A stretch of DNA of 64,000 bases from a virus: IMG/VR virus record IMGVR_UViG_3300042904_000405, positions 1-64,000 of that record; one strand, 5' to 3'. A program made the position numbers and the translations under genes. Shown piece after piece: positions 10,121 through 19,341 of the stretch. The stretch's first letter is position 1; every line of letters starts with the position of its first letter. The notes below the pieces were generated by a model, which saw nothing but the letters and a program-made list of their open reading frames with translations, ran no database searches and was not told the DNA's origin.

Positions 10121-10428
10121 AGCGCCGCCTCCTCTTCCTCGCGCCGCTGGCTGCGGTGCTGCTCGCCTGCAGCCCGGTTGAGATTGTGACCTACCAGTGG
10201 AAGCAGGGCAACACCACGTTCGTGCAGACTCGGGCCAAGTCAGGCCCGAGTGACAATGCGGGCTCCTCGTTCCGCAGTGCAGTGGTCTGCGACGGTGAGC
10301 CGTTCTGGCGCCGAGGGAACGATGTCAGTGTCGACACCGCTACGCCTGACGCGGGCGGCTTCTTCTACTCCACCACCGCCTGCTATGACAACCGGGTCCC
10401 TGTCGGCATCACCGTAGAGAGGTGGTGA
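10117..10428 (+). CDS. Lipoprotein
   Basis: MKRRLLFLAPLAAVLLAC lipobox. Confidence 0.7.
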   Translation: MKRRLLFLAPLAAVLLACSPVEIVTYQWKQGNTTFVQTRAKSGPSDNAGSSFRSAVVCDGEPFWRRGNDVSVDTATPDAGGFFYSTTACYDNRVPVGITVERW

Positions 10429-10430
10429 GC

Positions 10431-11693
10431 GTGAAGCGCTCCCTCGTCGCGATCGGCGCGGCCTTCGTCGCCGGCGCCGTCGCATTGTCCGGTGTGTTCA
10501 TCGCCCAGGCGGGCGAGGAGGAACCCAGCCACTACCGCGTCGAACCGTCGGACACCTGGCAGTCGATCGCCGCATCACACGGCCTCACCGCCGACGACCT
10601 GCAGCTGGCCAACAACATCGCCGCGTCCACGTCGAACACGGGTCATCCCCGCACCGGCTGGGTGCTCCACATCCCGGAGGTGGCGCCATCGACGACCACG
10701 ACGACCACGACGTTGCCGCCGACCACCACGACGACACCGTCCACTACGACGACTGTCCCTGTCACAACCGCCCCGCCCCCGACGACTACGACGACTGCAC
10801 CTGCGACCACATCGTCGACGAGCACCTCGCTCCCGCCGGAGCCGAGCGGCGACTTCCTCGCGGACTTCGCCTCGGCGGCTGACTTCTACGGCCGCTTCCA
10901 GCTCGACGTCCACTTCCGCGACGACGCCAACGTCGACTACGGCCGGGTCTTCGGTGGCGACCACGACATGGCCTGCGGCGCACCGACGACACAGCGCGAC
11001 GTCCACATCCACTCATCGATCGACGGGGCCAACGTCAACCTGGCGAACTCCGAGCTGTTCTGGTGGTGTGCCCCCGGCGGCGACGCCGCCAAGGGCCACG
11101 TGATGACCGGCATGGCCGACGTCGATGGCTACACCATCCTGTCGTTCTCTCCGAACCAGACGTTCAGCAACGTGGGTCGCGTCTGCTGGGACGTCAACGC
11201 CACCGACCTCGGCGGTCGCAAGTGGGTCCAGGCCCTCGTGATCCCCGAGGCTGCCTATCAGGCGAACAGCTGGCGCCTCGACTACATCTCGCCGACGACG
11301 TCCGCCGTCGATCAGACCGCCCTCCCGCTGCCCGCGGGCTCATTCATGTTCCAGCTCTGGGACCACAAGATCCGCACGGCCGTCGACAACACCGAGCGTG
11401 AGACCGATTGGTTCCAGTGGTCGACAACCGACAAGGCTGCCCGCTACCGGCACTGCATGGTCGACAACGACAACGGCACGGTGACGGTGTCCCGCCAGGT
11501 CGGCGTCGTCAACCAGGACGCCCCCGCCGATCCGACAGATCCGACGCGCGGCGTCCGCTCGGTCACGGTCCCAGGCTCCTTCCCGGCTAACGCCCGCGTG
11601 ATCTTCCAGGACGACAACTACACGCCCGAGAAGGACGGCCCGATCGCCGGCTTCACCTGGCACTGGGACAACATCCTCGTCGACGTGGACTGA
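10431..11693 (+). CDS. Secreted LysM-domain protein with Thr/Pro linker and unknown C-terminal beta domain
   Basis: Signal peptide; YRVEPSDTWQSIAASHGLTADDLQLANN..GWVLHIP matches LysM; poly-Thr linker. Confidence 0.8.
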   Translation: MKRSLVAIGAAFVAGAVALSGVFIAQAGEEEPSHYRVEPSDTWQSIAASHGLTADDLQLANNIAASTSNTGHPRTGWVLHIPEVAPSTTTTTTTLPPTTTTTPSTTTTVPVTTAPPPTTTTTAPATTSSTSTSLPPEPSGDFLADFASAADFYGRFQLDVHFRDDANVDYGRVFGGDHDMACGAPTTQRDVHIHSSIDGANVNLANSELFWWCAPGGDAAKGHVMTGMADVDGYTILSFSPNQTFSNVGRVCWDVNATDLGGRKWVQALVIPEAAYQANSWRLDYISPTTSAVDQTALPLPAGSFMFQLWDHKIRTAVDNTERETDWFQWSTTDKAARYRHCMVDNDNGTVTVSRQVGVVNQDAPADPTDPTRGVRSVTVPGSFPANARVIFQDDNYTPEKDGPIAGFTWHWDNILVDVD

Positions 11694-11705
11694 CCCGAGG
11701 CCCGC

Positions 11706-12524
11706 ATGGCAGCCCCCGTCTACCGGTCAGCGGTAGTCACGTCGACGTTCAACGGGTCGGTCAGCTTCGTCGTCGACATGCCAGCGGGTGCCGCGGTCGG
11801 GGACTTCATCGCGGCGCTCGTCTACTGCCCTGATGGGTTCTACGGCTCCGCTGCCGATCTGACCCCGCCGGGCGGCGGATGGGTGACCGTCGCCGAGGTG
11901 CTGATCGGGAACGCGCCGATCGCAGGGATCTATTACCTGATCCCCAGCGGCGCGCCGTCCGCGACGTACACGTGGACCAAGAACGACGGCTCCAACGCCA
12001 CCGCTGTCGTCGTGGCAGTGGAAGCTGGGACGTTCGACGCGACGAATCCGCTCGGCTCCTCACCTGCGTCTGGCACTGACTATTCGATCGCGCATGACGG
12101 CACGGCAGGCACAACGGTCGATGTCCCGACGATCACCCCAGCCGTTGACGAATGCCTAGGGATCGCCCTCGCGTCAGCGGTCGAATCCAGCTACACGTGG
12201 ACGCCGCCGTCGGGATTCACGGAACGCGCCGACTCGCATGACGGCACGTCGTACGTCAGCAGCTCGGCCGCTACGGCTGCGCTGACGACGTCAGCAACGG
12301 GCGCCCTGTCCTTCACCGCGAACGCTTCCGTCGGTGCGAACAAGGGCGTGGGGGCGATTGTCGCTCTGCGCCCGGAGCCCCCACCCCCGTCGGAGACCCT
12401 GCGCCCCGACGCAGATGTCGCCCGCGTCGGCTGGGTCAACGAGTCAGCGGGCACAACTAACCTCTGGCAGTCGATCGACGAGACGACGACGAACGACTCC
12501 GATTACGTGACGGTGACGATCTGA
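11706..12524 (+). CDS. Putative virion fibre/adhesin protein
   Basis: Ser/Thr/Ala beta-rich; N-terminal domain resembles those of 3397 and 12526. Confidence 0.55.
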   Translation: MAAPVYRSAVVTSTFNGSVSFVVDMPAGAAVGDFIAALVYCPDGFYGSAADLTPPGGGWVTVAEVLIGNAPIAGIYYLIPSGAPSATYTWTKNDGSNATAVVVAVEAGTFDATNPLGSSPASGTDYSIAHDGTAGTTVDVPTITPAVDECLGIALASAVESSYTWTPPSGFTERADSHDGTSYVSSSAATAALTTSATGALSFTANASVGANKGVGAIVALRPEPPPPSETLRPDADVARVGWVNESAGTTNLWQSIDETTTNDSDYVTVTI

Positions 12525-12525
12525 C

Positions 12526-14658
12526 ATGGCCTTCCCAGTAGTCCAGGCCGTCACCGAGTCCGTCGTCGCCACTGCTGCGACCAGTCACCCCGTGACGCTG
12601 CCAGCCAGCATCGCGAGTAGCGACCTCGTTCTCATCCTCATGGACATCGGGTCGACGGCGGCGACCCTGAACGCACTCACCGACTGGTCCGAGGTGCTCG
12701 ACGAGAACGTCGCGAACGGCCTCAAGATCCTCCTCTACACCGGCGCCGGCGTCCCGTCGAACCCGACGTTCACATCCTCTGCGGCCACCCGCTCGGTGTC
12801 GCTCGCCTACCGGATCTCTGGTGCGGACAAGTCGATCACTCCACAGATCGGCACGACCGCCACAGGGACTTCCCTCACGCCGGATCCGCCGTCGGTGACG
12901 CCGACCGGTGGCATCACGAAGGACTACCTGTTCATCGCGTTCTTCGGGCAGGCGCTCGAAGAGGCGGACGATGACACGTGGGCGAACACACCGCCCACGA
13001 ACTACACGCCGTCACCGCCACGCCAGAAGACGGCGGGCACTGCGGGCACGAACCTCGGCGGGCTGATCGCGTCCGCCGAGCGGCAGCTGGCGACTGGCTC
13101 CGCTGAGAACCCTGGCACATTCGCCGTCGATGTGTCAGCGGCGTGGCGCGCCCAGACGATCATCGTCCACCCACAGGCGACCACGTCTGGCGCCTACGAG
13201 TTCGCCTTGGCGAACCCGGTCACCACGCCACCCAACGATGACGACCACACGGTCAGGGTGCGGGCATGGGCGTCCGCTGGCTCCGGTCTCCTCAAGGTTC
13301 GGCTCCTGCAGGGCGCGACCGAGATCGATGCTTGGACCGAGACGCTGACCGGGTCCGCGGCCAACTACAACCACGCGGTCGCTCCAGCGGCAGCGGCCAA
13401 CATCTCGAACTACAACGACCTTCGGCTCGAGCTGGTTGCCACAACGTTCACCAGCGCCACCGTTCGGGTGTCGCAGGTCTCCTTCTCAGTACCCGAGGGA
13501 GCGGCTGGCGGCGACCTCGTCGTCCAGGACGCGCTGCACGGCCACGCCGCTGACAATGCCGCGCTCACCCAGGTCCACACCCTCGCCGTCCAGGACGCGA
13601 CGCACGGGCATACGGCCGACAACGTTGTCCTCGTCCAGAACTCTTCGCTGGTCGTCGCCGACGCTCTGCATGGGCACACGGCCGACAACGTGGTCCTCAC
13701 TCAAGGTCATGTGCTCACCGTCGCCGAAGCGAGGAACACGCACACCGCCGACAACGTCGCCCTGACGCAGGTCCACTCACTGGTCGTTGCGGACGCCACG
13801 CACGGGCACACCGCCGACAACGTCGCTCTGACGCAGACCCACGTCCTGGCCGTCCAGGATGCGCTTCACGGTCACGCCGCCGACAACGTCGTGCTCGCCG
13901 CCGGCGGGGCCCTCGTCGTTCAGGAAGCGACGCACGGCCACACAGCGGACAACGTTGCGCTGACCCAGGTCCACGTCCTGTCGGTCCAGGATGCGGCTCA
14001 CGGCCACACCGCTGACAACGCGGCCATCACCAAGAACTCCTCACTCGTCGTCCAGGACGCGCTGCACGGCCACGCGGCCGACAACGTCGTACTCACCCAA
14101 GGCCACGTCCTCACCGTCTCCGAGACGCTTCACAGCCACACCGCCGACAGCGTCACTCTCACCCAGGTCCACGTTCTCTCCGTCGCCGACGCGCTCCACG
14201 GGCACGCCGCGGACAACGTCACCGTCACCACGGTCAATGCGCTCGTCGTGCAGGAGACGCTCCACGCCCACTCGGCTGACACCGTCACCGTCACGCAGCT
14301 GCACGTCCTCGTCGTCGACGACGCTCTCCACGGCCACACCGCCGACACGGTGCCGCGCGGCGACCTTGAGGCGATCATCACCTGCGCCATCGATGGCCCA
14401 GCGACGAAGGCGATCCTGCTCTCCGGCCCCGCCATCATGGTGGTCGCGCTGAAGGGCCCAGCCGTCGCACGTCGGATCACCGGGCCGGCGATTGAGGTAC
14501 TCTCCCTGAATGGCCCAGCAATCGAAGCTGTGTCCGTGCGGGGCCCAGCGGTGAGCCGGGTCGTGGACGGTCCCGACATCGAGGCTGCGCCCTCCGTCGA
14601 TGCGGGACCCGACACGTCCCGCGAGCTGATCGGGCCCGCGATGTGCCCAGGAGGATGA
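12526..14658 (+). CDS. Fibre-like protein with 13 HxH-containing 22-aa repeats
   Basis: Repeat consensus LVVQDALHGHTADNVxLTQxHx; C-terminal GP repeats. Confidence 0.7.
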   Translation: MAFPVVQAVTESVVATAATSHPVTLPASIASSDLVLILMDIGSTAATLNALTDWSEVLDENVANGLKILLYTGAGVPSNPTFTSSAATRSVSLAYRISGADKSITPQIGTTATGTSLTPDPPSVTPTGGITKDYLFIAFFGQALEEADDDTWANTPPTNYTPSPPRQKTAGTAGTNLGGLIASAERQLATGSAENPGTFAVDVSAAWRAQTIIVHPQATTSGAYEFALANPVTTPPNDDDHTVRVRAWASAGSGLLKVRLLQGATEIDAWTETLTGSAANYNHAVAPAAAANISNYNDLRLELVATTFTSATVRVSQVSFSVPEGAAGGDLVVQDALHGHAADNAALTQVHTLAVQDATHGHTADNVVLVQNSSLVVADALHGHTADNVVLTQGHVLTVAEARNTHTADNVALTQVHSLVVADATHGHTADNVALTQTHVLAVQDALHGHAADNVVLAAGGALVVQEATHGHTADNVALTQVHVLSVQDAAHGHTADNAAITKNSSLVVQDALHGHAADNVVLTQGHVLTVSETLHSHTADSVTLTQVHVLSVADALHGHAADNVTVTTVNALVVQETLHAHSADTVTVTQLHVLVVDDALHGHTADTVPRGDLEAIITCAIDGPATKAILLSGPAIMVVALKGPAVARRITGPAIEVLSLNGPAIEAVSVRGPAVSRVVDGPDIEAAPSVDAGPDTSRELIGPAMCPGG
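13516..14352 (+). repeat. Degenerate 66-bp coding tandem repeat, 13 units
   Basis: Recurrent CACGGCCAC(A/G)C(C/G)GC(C/G/T)GACAAC every 66 bp. Confidence 0.9.
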
Positions 14659-14659
14659 C

Positions 14660-14995
14660 ATGCAGATCGACCGGGACAGCACCGAGTACCTGTTCATCGG
14701 AGTGACGGGCGATGTGCCATCCGTCGGCGCCGAGGTTGCGTTCGTCGCGCCGGCCGCCCGCCCGCTCGAGGCCGACTGGGATGACGCCATCCTCGTCACC
14801 AGTAGCGGCCATGCCCTCTGGGATGACGCCCTCGCGTCCGGCGTCTCCGGGGACTACTACCTCGCCCGCCTCGTCGGCCCCTTCAGCTCCAACGACGTCG
14901 TCCTCACAGCGGGTGACTACCAGTGCTGGGTCCGCCTGACCGACACGGTGGAACGCCCCATCCGCGTGGCGCCCGCCGCCGTTGAGGTCGAATGA
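14660..14995 (+). CDS. Small virion/fibre-assembly protein (Ig-like)
   Basis: SD GGAGGA; GDYQCWVRLTD..E.P motif typical of small actinophage structural proteins. Confidence 0.55.
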   Translation: MQIDRDSTEYLFIGVTGDVPSVGAEVAFVAPAARPLEADWDDAILVTSSGHALWDDALASGVSGDYYLARLVGPFSSNDVVLTAGDYQCWVRLTDTVERPIRVAPAAVEVE

Positions 14996-15216
14996 TGCGC
15001 AAGGTCATCGTGCCCTGGGACCACGACGCCGAGGATCTCAGCGCCTTCCACATGGCCATCAGCCGCCGGCAGCCCGCCGACGACGAGTGGGTCCCCGCCC
15101 TGCGCGACACCATCGGTGGCCGCCGGGTGCTCTGGGCTCGCTTCGACTCGGCGCCCGCAACTGCCGACGTGTGGGTCCGTCATCGCGGCCAGGTGACGCA
15201 GGTCAGGGCCGTCTAG
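14992..15216 (+). CDS. Hypothetical protein, resembles upstream gene
   Basis: ATGA coupling; P..D.W..A and VWVR motifs shared with 14660. Confidence 0.55.
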   Translation: MMRKVIVPWDHDAEDLSAFHMAISRRQPADDEWVPALRDTIGGRRVLWARFDSAPATADVWVRHRGQVTQVRAV

Positions 15217-15218
15217 CT

Positions 15219-15581
15219 GTGCTCCTCTCGGAGTGGCTGCGCGACCGGCTCCAGGGCGAATGGATCCCGACGTCGACTACCTTGGACGACGTGCCCCTGC
15301 TGTCCCAGGCCTACGCCCTCGGCGATCTGCACATCGGCGACCGCATCTATCGCCGAGTCACGGCCCTCGACTTCGACGGCTTCCCCGTGGCGGCGACGGT
15401 GACAGGCAAGCTCACGCTGCCGAACGGGACGATCTCCAACATGACGGTCACGGCCGAAGCGACTGGCATCTACCGTGTCGCCTTCCCGATCTTCACGCTG
15501 CGCGGATATCACACCTGGCGAATCACCGCCACAGGGGCCGTCGCTGCCGTGGAGGAGGGCAGAGTCCGAGTGAACCCCTAG
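15219..15581 (+). CDS. Ig-like hypothetical virion protein
   Basis: ATGIYRV.F....G.HTWRITATGAV.AVEEG beta-sandwich pattern. Confidence 0.55.
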   Translation: MLLSEWLRDRLQGEWIPTSTTLDDVPLLSQAYALGDLHIGDRIYRRVTALDFDGFPVAATVTGKLTLPNGTISNMTVTAEATGIYRVAFPIFTLRGYHTWRITATGAVAAVEEGRVRVNP

Positions 15582-15623
15582 CTCGCCGCACGCGGCCGTC
15601 TCACGGTCGTATACGAGACTCTG

Positions 15624-15654
15624 TTGACGGGGGCGGCATCCGTGTGCGTACCAT
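15624..15654 (+). promoter_or_regulatory. SigA-like promoter (TTGACG-N19-TACCAT), leaderless start at 15662
   Basis: Hexamers read from sequence; spacer slightly long. Confidence 0.45.
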
Positions 15655-15661
15655 GGATGCT

Positions 15662-15820
15662 ATGGACCGCCTCGTGATCGTCCCGGCAGCCTCGGTGGCT
15701 GACCTGTGTGACATCGTCGACCGCGTCCTGCCTCAGCTCGACGAGCGCGAGGCCGACCAGCTCCGAGGCGTCACCGCTTCGATGCTGTCGGTCGCCGTCT
15801 TCGAGCCGGCGCCTGCGTGA
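15662..15820 (+). CDS. Small hypothetical protein
   Basis: MDRLVIVPAASVADLCDIVDRVLPQL..; good codon bias; promoter upstream. Confidence 0.55.
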   Translation: MDRLVIVPAASVADLCDIVDRVLPQLDEREADQLRGVTASMLSVAVFEPAPA

Positions 15821-15908
15821 AATGACACGCCCGGCGCTCGGGAATAGTGAGCCCGACACACGGCCGAGATCGTCGCCCTGATTGGAGCGGGACGGCGGCA
15901 GGCGCTGG

Positions 15909-16673
15909 CTAGAGCTTCCAGTACCGCTGGTGCAGCCGCGCCGTCAGGTGCGGGGTCTGCGGGAAGCTCGCCGTCGGCAGGCCCGAGCGGATCGCCCTGA
16001 ACCACCGGATCATCGTGTCGCCGGGCGAGTAGGCATCGATGGCTACCCGGGTGAAGGCGCCGTTGGCCCGATCCCCGAACCACGCGTCGTAGCTGTACTC
16101 GCGGTCCGAGCACCCGGAGATGAGCGTCGCCGGCACCCTCGACGCCTTCGGCTGCACCCAGCCGCGCGACATCGTGACGAGCGGGTCGCTGCCGATCAGC
16201 TCAATCGGCGACATGAACCGGGCGCGGATCGGTGGCAGGGATCCACCGAACCCCAGCCCAGCGACCCGAGACACCGAGCCCGAGTGGCAGCTGTCCGACA
16301 GGAACGTGCGCCGCACGCCAGTGGCGGCCGAGTCGAACGCTGTCGCCAGCTCGTCGTCGGTGATGTACCGACGGGTGTAGTCGGACGGGCACAGCACCTC
16401 GTCGAACCCGTCGATCTCGTCGCCGTTCCGATCCGGGACGAACGACCCGTGCCCCGAGTAGGTGAACACGAACCGGTCACCCCAGCGCATCCCGTCCAGG
16501 CCGTCGCGCAGGGCGGTGAGGATCGCATCCCCGCTCGGCTCGATTGAGATCGTCGGCTCGTAGCCCAGCTCGGCGAACATGGCCGCCCAGTCGTAGGCGT
16601 CATTGACGCAGCCGGCCAGCTCGGCCGACGTCCCCGGATAGTTCAGCCCGACGTGCAGTGAGCGCTTCAGCAT
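15909..16673 (-). CDS. Caspase-family (peptidase C14, metacaspase-like) protease
   Basis: VGLNYPG...LAGCVNDA, FTYSGHGS (catalytic His), LSDSCHSGS (catalytic Cys), GAFT. Confidence 0.92.
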   Translation of the reverse strand: MLKRSLHVGLNYPGTSAELAGCVNDAYDWAAMFAELGYEPTISIEPSGDAILTALRDGLDGMRWGDRFVFTYSGHGSFVPDRNGDEIDGFDEVLCPSDYTRRYITDDELATAFDSAATGVRRTFLSDSCHSGSVSRVAGLGFGGSLPPIRARFMSPIELIGSDPLVTMSRGWVQPKASRVPATLISGCSDREYSYDAWFGDRANGAFTRVAIDAYSPGDTMIRWFRAIRSGLPTASFPQTPHLTARLHQRYWKL

Positions 16674-16674
16674 C

Positions 16675-16905
16675 TCATTCCTCCTCGGCCTCCTCGGCCT
16701 GTTCCTCGATCATCTCTCGCTTCGCCCCCTGTGCCTCGTTCTTCGCCCCCTTCACGTTGGCCCACGCCGACATGAAGAAGATGACCGGGACACTGTTCGA
16801 CAGCGGGTCATGGACTACCCCGATGACCCCGATCAGCACCCAGAAGCGCGACTCCCAGGTCTGGGTGACCACCGTTGAGGCGGCACTGCGCCACCAGCGC
16901 CGCAA
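16675..16905 (-). CDS. Small membrane protein (start uncertain)
   Basis: Hydrophobic FWVLIGVIGVV and SVPVIFFMSAWANV segments. Confidence 0.55.
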   Translation of the reverse strand: MRRWWRSAASTVVTQTWESRFWVLIGVIGVVHDPLSNSVPVIFFMSAWANVKGAKNEAQGAKREMIEEQAEEAEEE

Positions 16906-16955
16906 CCTCGAGATGCGTTCAGGCTCCGCGACGATGCGCCATAGTATGGCCCACC

Positions 16956-17285
16956 ATGGGATGCAACTGCGGCCAGCGCCAGGACTCCGCCCTCGCGGGC
17001 ACCACTCTGCGCCAGAGCTTCGCCACGTCGAACTCCGCCGGCCTCTACGACCTCGCCAGGTCGCCGGGCTGCAAGGAGCCGTACCACGGTTCCTTCCCGA
17101 CGGCCGTGATCTACGTCGTCGCCCTCGGCACCGAGGACGAGCAGCTGTTCACCCGCGGGCAGCGCAATGACGCCACCCGTCGGGCCCGCACCGGCCGCGC
17201 GTCCGACGGCAGTCGGCTCACCCTCGACTCCATCGCCGCGAGCAACCTCTGCCACGACGCCGTCGTGGAGTTACTCGGCAGCTGA
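16956..17285 (+). CDS. Hypothetical protein beginning MGCNCG
   Basis: TAGTAT-8nt-ATG; good codon usage. Confidence 0.65.
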   Translation: MGCNCGQRQDSALAGTTLRQSFATSNSAGLYDLARSPGCKEPYHGSFPTAVIYVVALGTEDEQLFTRGQRNDATRRARTGRASDGSRLTLDSIAASNLCHDAVVELLGS

Positions 17286-17304
17286 GGTGGGGTAGGGGTT
17301 CACC

Positions 17305-17448
17305 ATGCACCTACTGCTGTGGATTCTCGCCGTGGTCCTCGTCGTGGTCGGGATCGTGAACCTGGTGAGGGGGGCGATCCTCGTGGGGATCATCTGCATC
17401 ATCCTCGGCCTGCTCGTCGGGCCGGGAGGCGTCAGCCTCTTCACCTAG
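17305..17448 (+). CDS. GPGG-motif small membrane protein (47 aa, not in ORF track)
   Basis: MHLLLWILAVVLVVVGIVNLVRGAILVGIICIILGLLVGPGGVSLFT matches the actinobacterial GPGG small-protein pattern. Confidence 0.85.
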   Translation: MHLLLWILAVVLVVVGIVNLVRGAILVGIICIILGLLVGPGGVSLFT

Positions 17449-17467
17449 GGGCGGTTGTCGGGTTATA

Positions 17468-17495
17468 TGCGTCCTAAGTCGCTCATAGGGACGCA
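17468..17495. terminator. Imperfect hairpin between convergent genes
   Basis: TGCGTCCTA...TAGGGACGCA. Confidence 0.4.
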
Positions 17496-17523
17496 GCCCT
17501 GAGAATCCTCGCGGTGACTGTCG

Positions 17524-17736
17524 TCATACGCGCTGGTGAAGCAGCTCGTTCAACAGGTGATGCCCGTTGAACCCGTCGAGTAGACGGAGCACCTGCTCGT
17601 CCGTCAGGTTCTTCCAGCTGGAGACGTCGCGCCGCAGGAAGAACTCAGCGAAGTCCATCCGCTCCTCCCGCGTCATCTTCAGCCCCTGGGCTTGAGCCAT
17701 CAGCGCGATGAACTGCGGGGAACGAGTGTTCGCCAT
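17524..17736 (-). CDS. Hypothetical protein
   Basis: SD GAGGAG; REERMDFA..FLRRDVSSWKNLT.EQ pattern seen in actinophage small proteins. Confidence 0.7.
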   Translation of the reverse strand: MANTRSPQFIALMAQAQGLKMTREERMDFAEFFLRRDVSSWKNLTDEQVLRLLDGFNGHHLLNELLHQRV

Positions 17737-17782
17737 ATCACACACTCCTCTCGAGATCAAGACCTACACTCGGCTCCCAGCC

Positions 17783-18193
17783 ATGGGTCGCCATCAGTCC
17801 TTCGCCAGCGGATCCGAGATCCCCAAGTCGATGCGCGCCGCCCGGGGGGCTGACGTCTCGTGGAAGGAGGAGGCCCGCTGCCGGTCCAACCACCGGCCCG
17901 AGGGGCTTCCGCACTTCGCCTGGACCGTCGACCCCAAGGACAAGGGCGCCCTTCTGCTCGGCCGCGAAGCCAAGGCGTGGATCGAGATGGCGCTGCTCAT
18001 CTGCCAGGCGTGTCCCGCCCAGTACGGCTGCGCCCGATTCGCCCTCAAGGTCGGCGAGGAGTGGGGCACCTGGGCGATGCACACCAACGATCTCAAGCAG
18101 CTCCATCGCCACCCCCGCAAGGATCTGATCATCGACGCTGCCGAAGACGCTGGCATCCCGGTGCAGGTCGCCGTCCGCCGGGCGCTGGGTTGA
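17783..18193 (+). CDS. whiB: WhiB-family Fe-S transcription factor
   Basis: W...ARC...ICQACPAQYGC...GEEWGTWA: four Cys plus a G(V/T)W turn (divergent from GVWGG). Confidence 0.8.
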   Translation: MGRHQSFASGSEIPKSMRAARGADVSWKEEARCRSNHRPEGLPHFAWTVDPKDKGALLLGREAKAWIEMALLICQACPAQYGCARFALKVGEEWGTWAMHTNDLKQLHRHPRKDLIIDAAEDAGIPVQVAVRRALG

Positions 18194-18219
18194 CATGCTA
18201 TGGATGATACTCTGTCGAC

Positions 18220-18549
18220 GTGAGCCGCTACATCAGGACCATGTGCAAGATCGAGTGGCAAGGGGGCAGCCACCTCGGTGAAGACATCGTAGAGCCGGGG
18301 CACGCCTCCTCCAACGGCGACACCTGGGTGCTCTCCCGCTACCAGATGCGCGACCTCGGCGACGGGCGCTTCGAACCGACCGGCCGCACCGAGCGCATCG
18401 ACCAGCTGACCGAGTGCCAGGTGACCGGCGACGAAGGCACCGAGACCCTCGTGGTCACCGGCCAGTCCACCTTCCTGGAGGGCGCCGGCGTCCCGGAGGA
18501 CGACCGCAGCGTCACCGTGAAGATCACACAGAACCCGAGGCACCGATGA
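18220..18549 (+). CDS. Hypothetical protein
   Basis: TACTCT-6nt-GTG; coupled to next gene. Confidence 0.65.
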   Translation: MSRYIRTMCKIEWQGGSHLGEDIVEPGHASSNGDTWVLSRYQMRDLGDGRFEPTGRTERIDQLTECQVTGDEGTETLVVTGQSTFLEGAGVPEDDRSVTVKITQNPRHR

Positions 18550-18896
18550 GCTGGCTGACCTTCGTCATCCTGATCGGCGTCGTCTGGCGCGTCACCCGCT
18601 TCATCGTGGCCGACGACCTGATCGCCGGCACCCGCAAGAAGGTGACAGACTGGTTGGAGTTGCGCCCTGCGCCGAGCCACGCGGAGTACACCAAGGGGTT
18701 CAGCAGGGACCTCATCGCCTACAAGGGCTGGACCCTGATCACCTGCCCCTGGTGCGTATCGATCTACGTGTCGGCTGGGACGCTGGTCCTCACCCGCATC
18801 TTTGTGCTGGACTCCATCCCGATGCCGGTGTGGACGTGGCTGGCTCTCGCCGCCTTCTCCCTGGTGCCGTACAACTACCTGGACGGCGAAGACTAG
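18546..18896 (+). CDS. DUF1360-like membrane protein
   Basis: WRVTRFIVADDL...LITCPWCVSIY. Confidence 0.8.
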   Translation: MSWLTFVILIGVVWRVTRFIVADDLIAGTRKKVTDWLELRPAPSHAEYTKGFSRDLIAYKGWTLITCPWCVSIYVSAGTLVLTRIFVLDSIPMPVWTWLALAAFSLVPYNYLDGED

Positions 18897-18909
18897 GTAG
18901 CATCCGCTC

Positions 18910-19341
18910 ATGCCGAGTGCGGTCGCCGACATCGAAGAGGTGGAGACCTTCTTCGACCTGGTGCGCAGCGGCGCCGCCGAGATGGTCGCCGCCTACTCGG
19001 TGGGCTGGACCCCGCTGAAGCTGCGCAAGCTGAAGAAGGACACCGACTTCCTCGACCTGCTCGCCGACGCGCAGGAGCACTTCCTCGACCAGGTGGAGAC
19101 CACCGTCGGACAGCGAGCCCTGGCTGGCAACCGCTGGGCCGTGGAGATGGTGCTCTACAACCGCCGCCCCGACCGCTGGCGCCCGCCGGCACACAAGATC
19201 GCCATCGAGCAGCACACCACCGTCAAGCACGAGGTGGTGCAGGCCACCGTCGAAGCAGCCAAGGAGCTGCTCCTGACCAGCGGCACCGTGGCGGCGCTGC
19301 AGCAGCGGCAGGCGATCGAAGCGCATGTCCGCGACGACTGA
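18910..19341 (+). CDS. terS: Terminase small subunit
   Basis: N-terminal HTH-like segment, helical core, LYNRRPDRWR; overlaps terL. Confidence 0.7.
   Translation: MPSAVADIEEVETFFDLVRSGAAEMVAAYSVGWTPLKLRKLKKDTDFLDLLADAQEHFLDQVETTVGQRALAGNRWAVEMVLYNRRPDRWRPPAHKIAIEQHTTVKHEVVQATVEAAKELLLTSGTVAALQQRQAIEAHVRDD

Noticed and set aside
10690-10830. ACG/ACC microsatellite-like repeats
   Set aside because: Explained by the poly-Thr linker of the LysM protein.
17455-17500. dif/attP-like site (AT-richer TTATATGCGTCCTAAGT)
   Set aside because: Does not fit the 11-6-11 XerC/D arm pattern; better explained as a hairpin between convergent genes.
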